A stretch of 64,000 nucleotides of DNA, from contig CALOCG010000035.1 in the NCBI GenBank assembly GCA_942491805.1, forward strand, positions 96,408 to 160,407, read 5' to 3'. A model generated the notes under the pieces. That model made no database searches. It was not told where the DNA came from and was given only the letters and a program-made list of their open reading frames with translations. This stretch comes from Nitrospinota bacterium. GTDB lineage: Bacteria > Nitrospinota_A > UBA7883 > JADGGD01. Of the stretch, positions 52,301 to 64,000 are shown piece after piece. Each line of letters opens with the position of its first letter. Positions within the stretch are counted from its first letter, which is position 1. A program made the translations under genes and the position numbers.

Positions 52301-52578
52301 GGCGGCATCGTCTTAAGCAACTGTTCGCGAGCCTGATCGAACGAGCGCCACACCTGCTCCGAGGTATAGGTAGATTCTCCCGTCAGCGCTTCTTCGAGGG
52401 CCAGATGGGCTTTGGTCATGTCGGCTTGGATACGAACGAAAGCGTCGCGGGTCGGGAGGGTTCCCGCGAGCGTCGATTCCCACATCCGCTGGGTCGAGAC
52501 GAGGAGGGCCAACAAAGCGCCACCGACGACCAAGGCGATCAAGGCGATCGGTTCGAGCCCAAAGCGGGAGCGGTACAT
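49333..52578 (-). CDS. Membrane PAS-GAF-PAS-GGDEF-EAL c-di-GMP enzyme
   Basis: Two TMs; DWIWEV PAS; GAF GVPLFAGSRIVGVLGLAN; WEGEVWNRRKDG PAS; HDALTGLPNR, RWGSDEF; EAL, EITES, DDFGTGYSSL, EGVET; start at ATG 52578. Confidence 0.93.
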   Translation of the reverse strand: MYRSRFGLEPIALIALVVGGALLALLVSTQRMWESTLAGTLPTRDAFVRIQADMTKAHLALEEALTGESTYTSEQVWRSFDQAREQLLKTMPPPSLSGAGPIAERAERKRIAAMEELRGRLDQIVTLGRLRWEARDKPRDQQPDDREFDLLFNGIMADLDALSEEARLMMEREIGHQRSLFNGFLLFGGATFLLLVITLHRQANRQRRAQEDLALAEQRFREVVDQAGDWIWEVNEGGVYTFASPNVENLLGYPPSAIVGKPFGHLFPPAHRDAQMEAAQKLFLSPVPFSGMMQWQVAKNGASSLFECSGLLLEDEEGRFVGFRGISRDITFRREAEESLTRTNRLLDIIRRAQQAYIANKGEAKTLGAFLDDALELTDSLHGFVAEVVEEGGGLVAKVKAFSDASPEKRFAPFAKAYEGREIVFRKTDSLIGELLSTGQPIISNDPKNDPKAKGLPSGHPPIDNFLGVPLFAGSRIVGVLGLANRPMGYRPDDVTFLQPALGTCANIIEAARREVMRRQAEDQLALASTIFDHASEGVLVTDERSIITSVNRAVTDITGYRAEELLGGTPRVLRSDRHDAPFYKEMWRALIEEGKWEGEVWNRRKDGKAYPQWTTITAVRDDAGKTKQYISVFHDLSQLKKSEEELRYQANHDALTGLPNRPLFLDRLNQSLAWAHRTHGKMAVVFVAIDRFKKINEGLGHLVGDLLLQEVGVRLSGLLGEGDTLARWGSDEFTFILEYMEGGDVSRFASRVIATFAPPFVVGDEELFVTASVGLSQYPTSGADADSLVRTADLAVRQAKERGGNGYQTYTSTMGSGFDALTMERDMRKGLERDEFVVYYQPKLELSTGAVLGMEALIRWRHPSHGLVSPGTFIPLAEESGLIVPIGIYALKEALAQTRRWIDAGHTDLVVSVNLSALQFAEQNLFESIADALADSGVAPAHLEMEITESTVMRDVDAAIETLRRLSASGIGIAIDDFGTGYSSLAYLKRFPIDTLKIDRSFVRDIPGDQDDAVIAQAIISLAHSLGLSVVAEGVETYEQLEFLKEKGCDQMQGFLFSPPVPAERFEELLKEQPSFNRPS

Positions 52579-52732
52579 ATGGGGATAACTCTTTGCAGCT
52601 CTTTCGCCCAAAAGAAGTTGTTCATAACGATGATCAAAACCGACGACGTCCACCACGACGCTTACGAACGACCATTTTGCGACGAGTATGGCATCATTGC
52701 AAACAGAACCTTTACCGTCGGAGAGGAACGTC

Positions 52733-53977
52733 GTGGAGAATATACAAAGTCTCGTCGGTATCGTCACGCTGATCGGTGTCGCCTGGGGGATCAGCGAGAA
52801 CCGTCGCGCCGTAAAACCGAAGGGGGTCGTGGCCGGCGTGGCGCTTCAGCTGGTCATCGGGTTGGCTCTTTTAAAACTCCCGCTGATGGGGGAGCTTTTC
52901 TTGGCCTTAAACGGCATAGTACTCGCCGTCGACGCCGCCGCCACCGCCGGAACCTCGTTCGTCTTCGGCTACCTCGGCGGCGGGGATCTCCCTTTCGACG
53001 AGCCCTTCCCCGGCGCCGCGTTTGTGCTGGCGTTCAAAGGACTGCCGATCATTCTTGTCATGTCGGCCCTGTCGGCGTTGCTCTATCATTGGCGCATTTT
53101 GCCTTGGGTCATCAAAGGGATCGCGCGCGCTTTGACGGCGACCCTCGGCCTCGGCGGCGCCACCGGCTTGGCGACGGCGGCCAACGTCTTCGTCGGCATG
53201 GTCGAGGCGCCCCTGTTCATTCGCCCCTACCTTATGAGCCTCACCCGATCGGAGCTGTTCGTTCTGATGACCGGCGGGATGGCGACCATCGCCGGAACGA
53301 TGATGGTCCTATACGCCACCGTATTGGGACCGGTGATCCCCGACGCGATGGGGCATATCCTGACCGCGTCGCTTATCTCCGCCCCGGCTGCGGTGACGGT
53401 GGCGCTGATTATGATCCCCGAGACAGGAACCGTCACCGCCGGAACATCGTTCCCCCCGTCGGAAGCCGACTCCGCCATGGACGCCGTCACCCGGGGGACG
53501 AGCCAAGGGGTGAACCTGCTGATCCAGATCGTGGCGACGCTGGTGGTGTTGGTGGCGCTGGTCAGCCTCCTTAACCAGGGACTCGGCTTGGCAGGCGAGG
53601 CGGCCGGGGCTCCGTTGACCCTCGAACGACTGCTGGGGTGGCTCTTGGCGCCGGTGGCGTGGCTCCTCGGCGTCCCCTGGGGGGAAGCGATGGCCGCCGG
53701 ATCGCTGATGGGGGTGAAGGTGGCGTTGAACGAATTCCTGGCCTATTTGCAGATGGCCCACCTCCCCGCCGGGAGTCTCTCTTCTCGAACCGAGCTGATC
53801 ATGACCTACGCCCTCTGCGGCTTCGCCAACTTCGGGAGCCTCGGCATCATGATCGGCGGCATGGGCGCCATGGCCCCCGAACGGCGAGAAGAAATCGTCG
53901 GATTGGGATTGCGCTCCATCGTTTCGGGGAACGTGGCCAGTTTCATGTCGGGAGCGGTCATCGGCGTTTTAACCTGA
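52733..53977 (+). CDS. Concentrative nucleoside transporter (CNT/NupC family)
   Basis: GTSFVFG, ANVFVGMVEAP, GMATIAG, KVALNEFLAY, CGFANFGSLGI. Confidence 0.92.
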   Translation: MENIQSLVGIVTLIGVAWGISENRRAVKPKGVVAGVALQLVIGLALLKLPLMGELFLALNGIVLAVDAAATAGTSFVFGYLGGGDLPFDEPFPGAAFVLAFKGLPIILVMSALSALLYHWRILPWVIKGIARALTATLGLGGATGLATAANVFVGMVEAPLFIRPYLMSLTRSELFVLMTGGMATIAGTMMVLYATVLGPVIPDAMGHILTASLISAPAAVTVALIMIPETGTVTAGTSFPPSEADSAMDAVTRGTSQGVNLLIQIVATLVVLVALVSLLNQGLGLAGEAAGAPLTLERLLGWLLAPVAWLLGVPWGEAMAAGSLMGVKVALNEFLAYLQMAHLPAGSLSSRTELIMTYALCGFANFGSLGIMIGGMGAMAPERREEIVGLGLRSIVSGNVASFMSGAVIGVLT

Positions 53978-54081
53978 GCGCAAACGATCTTGCCTTCGGA
54001 CGGAGGGGGCGTATAGAATGGTCGGAGCGCCGGTGGTGGCGCTCTTCTTCCCTGCGACCAATCCTTGATGCGAGCGTAACG

Positions 54082-54435
54082 ATGACGATCAACAAATTTT
54101 CTACCGACGACGGCATTACCATTTTCCGCCTGTCGGGCAAGCTGATCGCCTCGACCCTCGACGGCTTGAAGACCAATCTCGATACCGCGTTGGCCGACGA
54201 CGGAGCGCGGGTGGTGCTAAACTTCAAACTGGTCAACATCATCGATTCGGTGGCGGTGGGGCTGCTTATCAGCCGGTTCAAAGCGGCCAAGAAGAAAAAG
54301 GGCGCCATGCTCTTCACCGACCTGCAACCGGCCCTGATGCGTCTGTTGGCGCTGGCCGATCTCGACAAGTGGCTGGACATCCACCCCTCCGAAGACGAGG
54401 CGTTGACGGTTCTGCGAACCGACGCGAAGCCCTAG
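54082..54435 (+). CDS. STAS-domain anti-sigma-factor antagonist
   Basis: FRLSGKL, VVLNFKLVNIIDSVAVGLLI (conserved DS phospho-site). Confidence 0.88.
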   Translation: MTINKFSTDDGITIFRLSGKLIASTLDGLKTNLDTALADDGARVVLNFKLVNIIDSVAVGLLISRFKAAKKKKGAMLFTDLQPALMRLLALADLDKWLDIHPSEDEALTVLRTDAKP

Positions 54436-54720
54436 GCGGACGGCCGTAGGCGCAACCGTTACGCGATAAGAGATCGGCGTCTACGCCGCCTCATCATCGA
54501 CAGGCATAGGCGGGAGCCGCGGGGCGAACGTTATCGCTTTGTCCGTCGCCCATCCTTGAGATAAGAGTTCCCCCGCTTGAGGGGAAGCGCGATGAAGGGC
54601 TTTTCCCTTCGAGCGACCCGGCTCCTTCTTGAGGCCGGGTCGTTTGGCCGAAATTCTTCGGCGCCTTCTTTTTCACTCGCACCCCCGCACGGGGGGGCGA
54701 AAAAAGCGGGAATCTTCGTC

Positions 54721-55826
<1,106 letters not shown>

Positions 55827-55861
55827 AACGAACCGACGAACGATTGAACGGAGACCAAACG

Positions 55862-56044
55862 ATGCCGGTACCGAAGAAAAAAACCACCCGCACCAAGCGG
55901 GGGATGCGCCGCTCCCACGACGGCCTTGCCCTCCCCGGGATCGCCACCTGCCCCTCCTGCGGGGCCGCCAAGGCGCCCCACCGGGTCTGTCCCTCCTGCG
56001 GGACCTACAAGGACGAGCAAGTCATCACCGTCAAGGAAGTCTGA
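55862..56044 (+). CDS. rpmF: 50S ribosomal protein L32
   Basis: [34 protein letters not shown]. Confidence 0.96.
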   Translation: MPVPKKKTTRTKRGMRRSHDGLALPGIATCPSCGAAKAPHRVCPSCGTYKDEQVITVKEV

Positions 56045-56082
56045 GCGCGGCCCCGCCGTCGCATCAGAACCGGACGACTGAC

Positions 56083-57291
56083 TTGACCGACCAAGCCCCC
56101 GACGGGGAGGTTACGCCTCCCGTAGAAATGGCGCCCGACGTCCTTCCCTCCCCCGTGCGGGACGAGGGGCGAGAGGGTTTCGTGCGGGTGGCCCTTGACG
56201 CCATGGGGGGGGACGACGCCCCCGGCGTGGTCGTCGACGGCGCCGTCGACGCGGTCGCCCGGATACCGGGCCTGCAGGTTATTCTCGTCGGTCCCGAAGA
56301 CATTCTTCGCCCCCTCCTCGAAAAAAAGGGGGTAAGCGAAGACGATCCCCTCATCTCCATCTTCCACGCCGACGAAATCATCGGCATGGACGAGGCCCCC
56401 TCCGTCGCTTTACGACAAAAGAAAAAATCGTCGATTCATGTCGGCGTTAAACTGGTGAAACAAAAAGCGGCCGACGCCTTCGTCTCCGCCGGGAACACCG
56501 GCGCCGTCATGGCCATCTCGTCGGTCGTATTGCGGACCTTGGAAGGGATCGACCGGGCCGGTATCGCCGTCCCTCTCCCCAACAATCGGGGGGGGCTCTC
56601 GGTCCTCCTCGACGCCGGCGCCAACGTCGTCGTCAAACCGGGGAACCTCTACCAGTTCGGCGTCATGGGCGCCATGTACGCGCGCCACTTCATCGGCATC
56701 GAAAATCCCCGCGTCGGCCTCCTCTCCATCGGCGAAGAAGAGTCGAAAGGGAACGTCGTCATCAAAGAAGCCCACGAGTTGATGACCGCCTCGTCGCTCA
56801 ACTTCATCGGCAACGTCGAAGGGAAGCTACTGTACAAAGCCTACACCGACGTCGCCGTCTGCGACGGGTTCACCGGCAACATCGCTCTGAAAGTCTCCGA
56901 ATCGGTGGCCGGGATGATCACCGGCTTTCTGAAAGATATCTTCGCCGGATCGTGGCGGGGAAAGATCGCCTACCTGTTGCTGAAAAAAGACCTCGAAGCG
57001 ATGAAGAGCCGGATCGACCATGCCGAAGTCGGAGGCGCCCCGTTGCTCGGCATCAACGGCGCCGTCTTCATCTCCCACGGCAGCTCCGACGCGCGGGCCA
57101 TCCGGTTCGCCCTCGCCGCCGCCAAAAAGTTCATCGAGCAAGACGTCAACGGTTCCATCAAACGGACGTTGACCGAGAATCAGGGGCTGATGGCCTTTAA
57201 GAACGAAGAGAAAGGGAGCGGCGTCTGGGATCGGGTGCGGGGGATCATGGGGCTCGGAGGCGAAGAGAAAAAGAAAGAGGAGGGCGAATGA
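56083..57291 (+). CDS. plsX: Phosphate acyltransferase PlsX (start uncertain)
   Basis: VALDAMGGD, SAGNTGA, LDAGAN, VCDGFTGN, HGSS. Confidence 0.95.
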   Translation: MTDQAPDGEVTPPVEMAPDVLPSPVRDEGREGFVRVALDAMGGDDAPGVVVDGAVDAVARIPGLQVILVGPEDILRPLLEKKGVSEDDPLISIFHADEIIGMDEAPSVALRQKKKSSIHVGVKLVKQKAADAFVSAGNTGAVMAISSVVLRTLEGIDRAGIAVPLPNNRGGLSVLLDAGANVVVKPGNLYQFGVMGAMYARHFIGIENPRVGLLSIGEEESKGNVVIKEAHELMTASSLNFIGNVEGKLLYKAYTDVAVCDGFTGNIALKVSESVAGMITGFLKDIFAGSWRGKIAYLLLKKDLEAMKSRIDHAEVGGAPLLGINGAVFISHGSSDARAIRFALAAAKKFIEQDVNGSIKRTLTENQGLMAFKNEEKGSGVWDRVRGIMGLGGEEKKKEEGE

Positions 57292-58271
57292 GCCTCCGCT
57301 CCCGCATCATCGGCGTCGGCGCCAACCTGCCGCCGAAAGTGGTCACCAACGTCGATCTCGAATCGGTGGTCGAAACCAGCGACGAATGGATCGCCAGCCG
57401 GACCGGCATTCGAGCCCGCCGGGTGGCCGAACCGGGAACCACCGCCTCGGCCCTCGGCATCCCCGCCGCCAAAGAGGCGCTGGCCGACGCCGGTGTCGAG
57501 CCGAGCGAACTTGACCTGATCCTCTGCGCCACCTCCACCCCCGACCGACTTTTCCCGGCGACCGCTTGCGTCATACAAGCCGCCATCGGCGCCGCCCCTT
57601 GCCCGGCGTTCGACCTGTTGGCCGCCTGCTCCGGCTACGTCTACGCCCTCTCCGTCGCCGACGCCTTCATACGCTCCGGGCAGGCCCGAAACGTCCTCAT
57701 CGTTTCGACCGAAATTCTGACCGCCACCCTCGACTGGAAAGATCGAACCACCTGCGTTCTCTTCGGCGACGCGGCGGCCGCCACCGTCGTCTCGGTCACC
57801 GAAGACCCGAACGCCGGGGTGCTCGGGTCGAAGCTGCACGCCGACGGATCGTACGCCGATTACTTAACCGTCGGCGTCGGTTCCGCCACCCCCTTCACCG
57901 GCGAAGGATTCGACCCCATGGCCGGGTGTCTCAAGATGAAAGGGAACTCCACCTTCAAACTGGCCGTCACCAAGATGCCCGAAGTTTCGATGGCGTTGCT
58001 TGCCGCCCACGGCCTGACCGTCGACGACGTCGATATGGTGGTGCCGCATCAGGCCAACAAACGGATCATCGACGCCGTCGGGAAAGCCATGGGATTGCCC
58101 GACGAAAAACTTTTCGTCAACATCGAGAACTACGCCAACACCAGCGCCGCCACCATCCCCCTTGCGCTGTACGAAGCGGTGAAAGCCGGCAAAGTGAAAC
58201 GGGGCGACCTCCTCGTCTTCGTCGCCTTGGGGGGCGGGTTCACTTGGGGCGCCAATCTTCTTCGCTACTAG
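57288..58271 (+). CDS. fabH: 3-oxoacyl-ACP synthase III
   Basis: ETSDEWI, AACSGY, LFGDAA, PHQAN, ANTSAATIP, GGGFTWG. Confidence 0.96.
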   Translation: MSLRSRIIGVGANLPPKVVTNVDLESVVETSDEWIASRTGIRARRVAEPGTTASALGIPAAKEALADAGVEPSELDLILCATSTPDRLFPATACVIQAAIGAAPCPAFDLLAACSGYVYALSVADAFIRSGQARNVLIVSTEILTATLDWKDRTTCVLFGDAAAATVVSVTEDPNAGVLGSKLHADGSYADYLTVGVGSATPFTGEGFDPMAGCLKMKGNSTFKLAVTKMPEVSMALLAAHGLTVDDVDMVVPHQANKRIIDAVGKAMGLPDEKLFVNIENYANTSAATIPLALYEAVKAGKVKRGDLLVFVALGGGFTWGANLLRY

Positions 58272-59188
58272 GACGCGACAACCGTCCTTCTGACGCACTC
58301 CTCCACCAACCGCGCCGCGACGGCGCCGATGCGGGTGAGGTCTGTTGTGCGGTCGCCGACCGAGGCGACGAAGAGAGCGTCGCCGTCGTACGGGGTAAAA
58401 GCAGGGACGACGCAACGAGCGACCCCCGCCATGGCCATGGTGGCGATCCGTCCCGCTTCGGCTTTGGTGAGCGCGCCGTTGGTGACGACGGCGCCGATGA
58501 GGGTGTTGCCAAACGTCGGCGGGGCGAAGGTCGCCGAAAGATAGTCGAGTGGTTCTCCCTGTTCGTTCCGGGGGACGGCGATCCACTGGCCGGTGGCCGG
58601 ATCGACGACGGCGCCGAAACAGTTATTCACCACCAACGCGCCAACCATCGTTCCGTCCTCCAAAGTGACGCTGTGAGACGCCAGACCGCTGTCGATCCCT
58701 TTATCGTAGCCGGCGTATTTAGCGACCCGCGCCCCCGCGCCCGCCCCGACGGCGCCCTGCGACCGGTCGTTTCGCTCGCTCGCTTTTGCGGCGGCGTATC
58801 CCTGCTCGACGCCGGGGCGAACGGTTCCGTCGCCTGCGGCCAAGTCGAAGATGACGGCGCCCGGCACGATCGGCACCCGATGGTCCCCCGCCCGAAAGCC
58901 CCGCCCCTCCTCTTCCAGATAGCGTCGCACCCCGCCGATGGCGTCGAGTCCGTAGGCCGAACCGCCGGTGAGCAAGAGTCCGTCGACCCCGGAGGCCAGC
59001 GCCGACGGGTCGAGGAGGCTCGCTTCGCAGACCCCCGGCGCACCACCGAAAATACGGAGCCCCGCCGGAGCGGGACGGTCGAAAATCAGCGCGGTGCAGC
59101 CGGTGCGGGCGACCGGGTCGGTCCAATGCCCCACCCGTACGCCGGCCAGATCGTTGATGCACGAGGACGGATGGATGGTGATCGACAC
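58268..59188 (-). CDS. DmpA/P1 (S58) family peptidase
   Basis: GVRVGHW, GGAPG, LLTGGSAYGL, VPIVPGAVIFDL, GNTLIG, PYDGD. Confidence 0.88.
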   Translation of the reverse strand: MSITIHPSSCINDLAGVRVGHWTDPVARTGCTALIFDRPAPAGLRIFGGAPGVCEASLLDPSALASGVDGLLLTGGSAYGLDAIGGVRRYLEEEGRGFRAGDHRVPIVPGAVIFDLAAGDGTVRPGVEQGYAAAKASERNDRSQGAVGAGAGARVAKYAGYDKGIDSGLASHSVTLEDGTMVGALVVNNCFGAVVDPATGQWIAVPRNEQGEPLDYLSATFAPPTFGNTLIGAVVTNGALTKAEAGRIATMAMAGVARCVVPAFTPYDGDALFVASVGDRTTDLTRIGAVAARLVEECVRRTVVAS

Positions 59189-59189
59189 G

Positions 59190-60317
59190 TTAGCGCCGTT
59201 CGATAAAGAGGATGGCCACATCGTCGTTCAGGCTCTCCTCGGCGTTGAAGTCGTCCACATCCCGCATGATGAGGGTCAAAATGTCGTCGATGTTTTCCGT
59301 TCGTTTGTCGTTCACCAGCGCCGAGAGGCGGGCGAGGCCATATTGCGCACCGTCGCCGTCCATCGCTTCGATGATCCCGTCGGAGTAGGCGAGCAATCGA
59401 TCTCCCGGTTGCAAGGTCACCTCTCCCTCCTCCACCGAGAAATCGTCGAAGAGTCCCACCAACTCCCCTTTGGCCTCCAACCGTTCCACCGATCCGTCGA
59501 CACGATGCAAGAGGGGATAGGGGTGGCCCGCCCGGATGTAGCGCATGGCGCCGGTGGCGCTGTCGAGCCGTCCGAAGAACATGGTCAAGTATTGATCTTC
59601 CGGTGTGACGGCGAGGAGCTTTTCGTTGAACCGATGGGCGATTTCGATCGGCCCTTCGTTTTGGGCCACCGCATGTTCGGCGATGACCTTCAGCATCGAA
59701 ACAGCGAGCGCCGCGCTGGGGCCGTGGCCCGAAACGTCGGCGATAAGGACGCCGCAGGTTCCGTCGCCATAGTCGATCACGTCGTAGAAATCTCCCCCGA
59801 TAGAGGAGGTCGCCCGATAGCGAGCGGCGCAGCTGAGCCGGTCGCCGTAGGGGAAGGTCTGTGGCAACAGGGCGCTTTGCACCGCCTGCGCCAGAGCAAG
59901 CTCCTGGTCGAGCGCCTCTTTCGATTCGGCCACCTCGTCATAGAGCCGTTTGATCCGTAGCATCGAGTTGACCCGGGCCACCAGCTCCGGTTCCATGAAC
60001 GGTTTGCTGACATACTCGTCGGCGCCGGCTTCCAGTCCTTCGACCATATCGCGGACATCGTGTTTGCGGGCGGTAAGCAGGATGATCGGCACATGGTGGG
60101 TGGAGGGATCGGCTTTCAAGCGGCTGGCCACTTGCAGGCCGTCCAACACCGGCATCATCACGTCGAGCAGCACCAGATCGATCCGGCGCGAGAAGGCGAC
60201 CTTCAACGCCTCTCCTCCGTCGTAGGCGGTGTGGACGGTATGTCCCAACCGCTCCAGAATAAGTTTCAGGAGGTAGACGTTATCTTCGATATCGTCGACG
60301 ACAAGAATATCGGCCAT
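59190..60317 (-). CDS. Response regulator receiver + PP2C (RsbU/SpoIIE) phosphatase
   Basis: ILVVDD, LLDVMMP, YVSKPF; IGGDFYD, ADVSGHG, YSDGIIE, DDVA. Confidence 0.93.
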   Translation of the reverse strand: MADILVVDDIEDNVYLLKLILERLGHTVHTAYDGGEALKVAFSRRIDLVLLDVMMPVLDGLQVASRLKADPSTHHVPIILLTARKHDVRDMVEGLEAGADEYVSKPFMEPELVARVNSMLRIKRLYDEVAESKEALDQELALAQAVQSALLPQTFPYGDRLSCAARYRATSSIGGDFYDVIDYGDGTCGVLIADVSGHGPSAALAVSMLKVIAEHAVAQNEGPIEIAHRFNEKLLAVTPEDQYLTMFFGRLDSATGAMRYIRAGHPYPLLHRVDGSVERLEAKGELVGLFDDFSVEEGEVTLQPGDRLLAYSDGIIEAMDGDGAQYGLARLSALVNDKRTENIDDILTLIMRDVDDFNAEESLNDDVAILFIERR

Positions 60318-60343
60318 GGCGGAAGAAGAACGTGTGAAGGTGA

Positions 60344-61335
60344 TTAGCGGGAAGTTCGAAGATATTGTCGCACGGCCTTGTTATGTTCCGCCAGCGATTT
60401 GGAAAAACGATGCCCCCCCTTGCCGTCGGCCACGAAATAAAGATAGGAGGTTTCGGCCGGGTTGACCGCCGCCATCAGGGCGCCTCGTCCCGGCGCGGCG
60501 ATCGGCCCCGGCGGGAGTCCGGCGTAGCGATAGGTGTTGTAGGGGGAGTCGTAGGAGAGATCTTTTTTGCGGATGTCTCCGTCGAAGTTCGGGAGAGCGT
60601 AGATCACCGTCGGGTCGCATTGCAACCGCATGCCGATGCGGAGACGGTTCGCGTAGACCGAAGCGACGAGCTCGCGTTCGTCGGGAATGGCGGTCTCTTT
60701 TTCGATCAGCGACGCCAAAGTGACCGTGGCGTGCAGTTTCGCCGGGTCGCTCGCGATCGGGCCGGGGAGGGCGTCGCGGACCACCCGCCGAAACTCTGCC
60801 AGCATCGTATGGAGAATCGCCTCGCCGGTGACGTTTTTCGGAAAGTGATACGTCTCCGGGAAGAGATACCCCTCCAGCGACGAGGCCGGGATTCCTTCGC
60901 GGGTGGCGGTGGCCCGATCGGTGGCCAGCGTCACGAAATCCTCCGCGGCGCCGGCGAAGCCCGCCGTCGCCAAGGGGAGGGCCATCTCCCGTATGGTCAA
61001 CCCTTCCGGGATCGTCACCGGGATGAGCAGTGTCTTCCCCTTTACCAACGTCTCAAGGGTTCGCCGCATCGAGACCCCCCGCGCCAGACGATAGTCACCC
61101 GCCTTAAGCGAGCCGCTTAAGGAGCGGTACCGAACCAGCCATTCGAAGAGGATCGCCGATTCGACGACCTTCGCTTCGGCGAGAGTACGGGCCACCGAAC
61201 GGGCGGCGCCACCGGTCGGGATGGTGATATCGACCGTTCCCTCGCCGGGGCCGGGGGCCTCCCATTGACGATCGACCCAGAGGGCGAAGCCGACGGCGAC
61301 CGCGATGACAAGCGCCAACAGGGCGATGACCCCTT

Positions 61336-61339
<4 letters not shown>
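60344..61339 (-). CDS. mltG: Endolytic transglycosylase MltG
   Basis: TIPEG, LEGYLFPETY, LASLIEKE, LQCDPT, SPYNTY, LPPGPI. Confidence 0.95.
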
Positions 61340-63875
<2,536 letters not shown>

Positions 63876-64000
63876 CTAGGGAAGGGTGGCGGCCACGAAT
63901 ATTGTCTCATAGGTCGCCACCACCCCCAACGGATCGGCGTGTCGTTTGGCGTAGGTCTGCGCGAACGCGTGCATGACCCGCCGCCCCCCCAGCCCGGCCA
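63876..64000 (-). CDS. bioC: 3' end of probable malonyl-ACP O-methyltransferase (partial)
   Basis: ...GLGGRRVMHAFAQTYAKRHADPLGVVATYETIFVAATLP* resembles the BioC C-terminus (ATYEVI); directly upstream of bioD-bioA. Confidence 0.6.
   Translation of the reverse strand, partial: AGLGGRRVMHAFAQTYAKRHADPLGVVATYETIFVAATLP

Noticed and set aside
52688-52700. Sigma54 promoter (TGGCATCATTGC) upstream of the nucleoside transporter
   Set aside because: GG-GC spacing is 7 nt rather than the required 10.

Overview
High-GC Gram-negative bacterial chromosome segment (hldE, lipoproteins, TonB-family protein; lineage not determinable from sequence alone, gene content would fit a Nitrospinota/deltaproteobacterial type) made mostly of housekeeping genes: serA, ugd/uxs/radC/hldE, purBCS-purQ, trpF, coaX-birA, tRNA-Glu(CTC), mreBCD, rsgA, lepA-lepB-lepB, rpmE-prfA-prmC-murA, glnB, yceD-rpmF-plsX-fabH, mltG-yqgF, bioC and a bioD-bioA fusion. 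No transposase, integrase, phage gene or CRISPR array was seen. The main hidden feature is a 72-aa Rdx/SelW-type selenoprotein (CxxU, in-frame UGA plus SECIS-like hairpin, 44840-45058) missed by the ORF track; it appears to head an operon with an ADP-forming acyl-CoA synthetase and a CoA-transferase-GNAT fusion. Other notable items: a membrane heme-c sensor fused to an RsbW-type kinase (with STAS and REC-PP2C genes elsewhere in the window), a cNMP-binding gene inserted in purS-purQ, a solitary tetraheme c554-like cytochrome, a candidate structured ncRNA, a duplicated cbiX leader and a family of short C-ACGC-G palindromes after stop codons. Five genes carry single-base frameshifts, mostly at homopolymer runs, which suggests assembly indel errors rather than true pseudogenes.
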